A DNA stretch of 56,516 nucleotides, from contig JAZRGD010000052.1 in assembly GCA_045644045.1 (NCBI GenBank), positions 1 to 56,516 of the forward strand, written 5' to 3'. The notes beneath the pieces are model-generated. The model ran no database searches. It saw only the letters and a list, made by a program, of their open reading frames with translations, and had not been told where the DNA came from. The stretch comes from Eubacteriales bacterium. GTDB lineage: Bacteria > Bacillota > Clostridia > Oscillospirales > CAG-272. Each line of letters starts with the position of its first letter. Positions within the stretch are counted from its first letter, which is position 1. This document shows positions 53,815 through 56,516 of this stretch, piece after piece. Made by a program: the position numbers and the translations under genes.

Positions 53815-55119
53815 TTGAATACGGTAGGGCTTTACACCCTTGGCTGTAAGGTGTCTCAATACGAGACCGAGGCCATCACCGAGGCCTTTGAAAAAGAAGG
53901 CTTTCGCGTCGTCCCCTTCGAGGACGGTGCGGATGTGTACGTGATCAATACCTGCACCGTCACCGCCGAGAGCGACCGCAAGTGTCGCCAGGTCATCCGC
54001 CGCGCTATCGGGAAATCGCCCGACGCGCTGGTCATGGTGGTAGGCTGTTACGCCCAGACCTCCTCGGAGGATATTATGCGCATCAAGGGCGTCTCTTACG
54101 TGTCGGGCACCGACGGGAAGCTCCGCCTGCCCGAAAAGGCAAAGCAATTGCTGAATGAAAGAAGCACCGCCCCCCTTTGCGAGACGTCCTCGCTTGACGG
54201 CGCTTCCTTTGAGCCTATGCGTATCACACGCGCCCCGCGTACCCGCGCCTACGTTAAGATTGAGGACGGCTGTGAGTGCAGATGCACCTATTGCGCCATT
54301 CCGGGCGCGCGCGGCAACGTGCGCTCCAAGTCTCCCGCCGACGTCCTTTCCGAGGTGGAGGGGCTTGCCTCAGGCGGCACGCGTGAGGTGGTGCTGACGG
54401 GCATTGAGACCGCCTCATACGGCGCGGATCTCGATGGCTTCCGTCTGATCGACCTTCTTGAAATGCTGGATGAAAAGAGCAGTGTAGAGCGCATCCGCCT
54501 CGGCTCTCTGACTCCCGAAATGATGAAGGCGGAAACGGTGGAACGCCTTGGACGGTTAAGCAAGCTCGTCCCCCATTTTCACCTATCTATGCAGAGCGGG
54601 TCGGACACCGTTTTGCGCGGCATGAAGCGCCGCTATAACGTCCGTATGGCAAAGGAAGCGCTTTCGCGCTTGCGTGCGGCTATTCCGAGAGTGCAGTTCA
54701 CCACCGATATCATGGTGGGCTTCCCCGGAGAGACGGATGAGGCCTTTGCCGAGACCTACGCCTTTTGCGAGGAAGCGCGCTTTCTCGATATGCACGTGTT
54801 TGCCTATTCCCGCCGCAAGAATACCCCCGCCGCTCTGATGGATGGGCAGGTGGAGGAATCGGTCAAGCGGGAGAGAAGCACCGCCCTCATCGCTCTGCGT
54901 AACAAAATGAGGGGCGAGGTTATGGCTTCGCTGGTGGAGGACGGTCATCCCCTTTCCGTGGTCTTTGAAACGGAGGAGGATGGCTATTATACGGGTCACT
55001 CGGATGAGTTCGTCCCCGTCAGGGTAGAAGCGGGCGCGGCACTTCACGGTCTGCTCAAACGCGTTTCACCCTTAGCCGTTCACGAGGGCATCGTGTACGG
55101 TAAGCTCATACAGGATTAA
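53815..55119 (+). CDS. mtaB: tRNA t6A37 methylthiotransferase MtaB (MiaB-like radical SAM)
   Basis: TTG start downstream of GGAGGTGG. N-terminal UPF0004 cysteines 'LGCKVSQYE...NTCTVT', radical SAM 'GCECRCTYCAIP' and a TRAM-like C-terminus. Confidence 0.85.
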   Translation: MNTVGLYTLGCKVSQYETEAITEAFEKEGFRVVPFEDGADVYVINTCTVTAESDRKCRQVIRRAIGKSPDALVMVVGCYAQTSSEDIMRIKGVSYVSGTDGKLRLPEKAKQLLNERSTAPLCETSSLDGASFEPMRITRAPRTRAYVKIEDGCECRCTYCAIPGARGNVRSKSPADVLSEVEGLASGGTREVVLTGIETASYGADLDGFRLIDLLEMLDEKSSVERIRLGSLTPEMMKAETVERLGRLSKLVPHFHLSMQSGSDTVLRGMKRRYNVRMAKEALSRLRAAIPRVQFTTDIMVGFPGETDEAFAETYAFCEEARFLDMHVFAYSRRKNTPAALMDGQVEESVKRERSTALIALRNKMRGEVMASLVEDGHPLSVVFETEEDGYYTGHSDEFVPVRVEAGAALHGLLKRVSPLAVHEGIVYGKLIQD

Positions 55120-55149
55120 AAATATTCAAATAAATGGAGAGAAAAAACA

Positions 55150-56516
55150 ATGGACAACAAGCTCAAAACCATGGACAAGATCGTGGCACTTTGCAAAAAC
55201 CGCGGTTTTATCTTCCCCGGCTCCGAGATCTACGGCGGCCTTGCCAACTCTTGGGATTACGGTCCCCTCGGTGTGGAATTCAAGAACAACGTAAAGAAGG
55301 CCTGGTGGAAAAAGTTCGTACAGGAGTCCCGCTTTAACGTGGGTCTTGACAGTGCCATCATCATGAATCCTCAGACCTGGGAGGCCTCGGGTCATCTCGG
55401 CGGCTTCTCCGTCCCTCTTATGGATTGCAAGCAGTGCCGTGCCCGTCACCGCGCCGACAAGCTCATCGAGGAGTACGCCTTTGAGAACGGCACGAGCGAC
55501 AATCCCGCAGGCTGGAGCTTTGAGCAGATGGCGGCTTACATCAGAGAGAAGGGAATTGCTTGCCCCGATTGCGGCGGCAAGGAGTTCACCGACATCAAGA
55601 AGTTTAACCTGATGTTCAAGACCTATATCGGCGTTACCGAGGACAGCACGAATACCGTATATCTCCGTCCCGAGACCGCGCAGGGTATTTTCGACAATTT
55701 CCCCGCCGTACAGCGCTCCACCAGAAGAAAGCTGCCCTTCGGCGTTTGCCAGATCGGTAAATCCTTCCGTAACGAGATCACTCCCGGTAACTTCACCTTC
55801 CGCACCCGTGAGTTTGAGCAGATGGAGCTGGAGTTCTTCTGCAAGCCCGGCACCGACCTTGAGTGGTTTGCCTATTGGAAGAAGTTCTGCCACGATTGGC
55901 TCTTGAACCTGGGCATGAAGGACGAGAACCTCCGCCTCCGCGACCACGATCCCGAGGAGCTTTGCTTCTATTCCAAGGCGACCACCGACTTCGAGTTCCT
56001 CTTCCCATTCGGATGGGGCGAGCTGTGGGGCATTGCCGACAGAACCGACTACGACCTGGGTCAGCATGAGAAGTTCAGCGGCAAGGATATGCAGTATTTC
56101 GATCCCGAGACCAATGAGCATTACACCCCCTACGTTGTCGAGCCCTCCCTGGGTGCTGACCGCGTAGCCCTCGCCTTCCTCGTAGACGCTTACGACGAGG
56201 AGGTGCTGGACGCCGAGAAGAACGACGTTCGTACCGTGCTTCACCTGCACCCCGCTCTTGCGCCCTACAAGGCCGCCATTCTGCCTCTGTCCAAGAAGCT
56301 GGGCGACAAGGCCATGGAGATCTACGACGAGCTTGCCAAGTATTTCCCTGTGGATTACGACGAGACCGGCTCTATCGGTAAGAGATACCGCCGCGAGGAC
56401 GAGATCGGTACCCCCTTCTGCATCACCGTGGACTTTGCCACCGTGGGCGACGACAAGACTCCTGCCGACGATTGCGTCACCGTCCGTGACCGCGATACCA
56501 TGGAGCAGGTACGTAT
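55150..56516 (+). CDS. glyQS: Glycine--tRNA ligase (alpha2-type GlyQS), 3' end outside the window
   Basis: My translation from ATG 55150 reads [53 protein letters not shown]..., a classic GlyRS N-terminus. It stays open to the window end and is absent from the ORF track because it has no stop. Confidence 0.9.
   Translation, partial: MDNKLKTMDKIVALCKNRGFIFPGSEIYGGLANSWDYGPLGVEFKNNVKKAWWKKFVQESRFNVGLDSAIIMNPQTWEASGHLGGFSVPLMDCKQCRARHRADKLIEEYAFENGTSDNPAGWSFEQMAAYIREKGIACPDCGGKEFTDIKKFNLMFKTYIGVTEDSTNTVYLRPETAQGIFDNFPAVQRSTRRKLPFGVCQIGKSFRNEITPGNFTFRTREFEQMELEFFCKPGTDLEWFAYWKKFCHDWLLNLGMKDENLRLRDHDPEELCFYSKATTDFEFLFPFGWGELWGIADRTDYDLGQHEKFSGKDMQYFDPETNEHYTPYVVEPSLGADRVALAFLVDAYDEEVLDAEKNDVRTVLHLHPALAPYKAAILPLSKKLGDKAMEIYDELAKYFPVDYDETGSIGKRYRREDEIGTPFCITVDFATVGDDKTPADDCVTVRDRDTMEQVR

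Noticed and set aside
55120-55149. Expected Gly T-box upstream of glyQS
   Set aside because: Only 30 nt separate the mtaB stop from the glyQS ATG, which leaves no room for a leader. In this window glyQS appears to be co-transcribed with mtaB.

Overview
This is a 56.5-kb chromosomal segment from a fairly GC-rich, Gram-positive, spore-forming Clostridia-type genome. The taxon guess rests on yunB and cwlD, a T-box leader, AGGAGG-type ribosome-binding sites and TTGACA/TATAAT promoters. I support about 55 protein genes, mostly metabolism, transport and housekeeping. Left to right they are: two SGNH hydrolases, yitT, a low-GC membrane-anchored HNH nuclease, a split ThrE exporter, two GDPD genes (one fused to a nitrilase-type domain), a GNAT / aminoglycoside-phosphotransferase / PLD cluster, rpiB, a heparinase-like gene plus an esterase interrupted by an in-frame TGA, and a long minus-strand rluD-lnt-ABC-SNF operon. 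These are followed by an AraC-controlled eight-gene polyol/deoxysugar-type operon that includes deoC and a ribokinase-family kinase, a sodium:solute symporter behind a Tyr-specifier T-box, a sufC/sufBD-like pair plus a B12 radical-SAM gene, and a CASTOR/POLLUX-like channel. The right end holds regulators, yunB, a Xer-type recombinase, cwlD, radA, an EF-G paralog, a biotin carboxyltransferase operon, two radical-SAM genes including mtaB, and the 5' part of glyQS. I saw no rRNA, tRNA, CRISPR array, transposase or phage module. The most unusual feature is non-coding: a roughly 480-bp symmetric hairpin-ladder element at 20762-21241. It is built from 7-8-nt words, each followed by a short variable hairpin, then the reverse-complement words, and it is closed by imperfect terminal inverted repeats of about 55 bp. 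A second partial copy sits at 1-150 and shows compensatory stem substitutions. All product calls come from motif recognition by eye on the supplied ORF translations. No database search or folding program was run.
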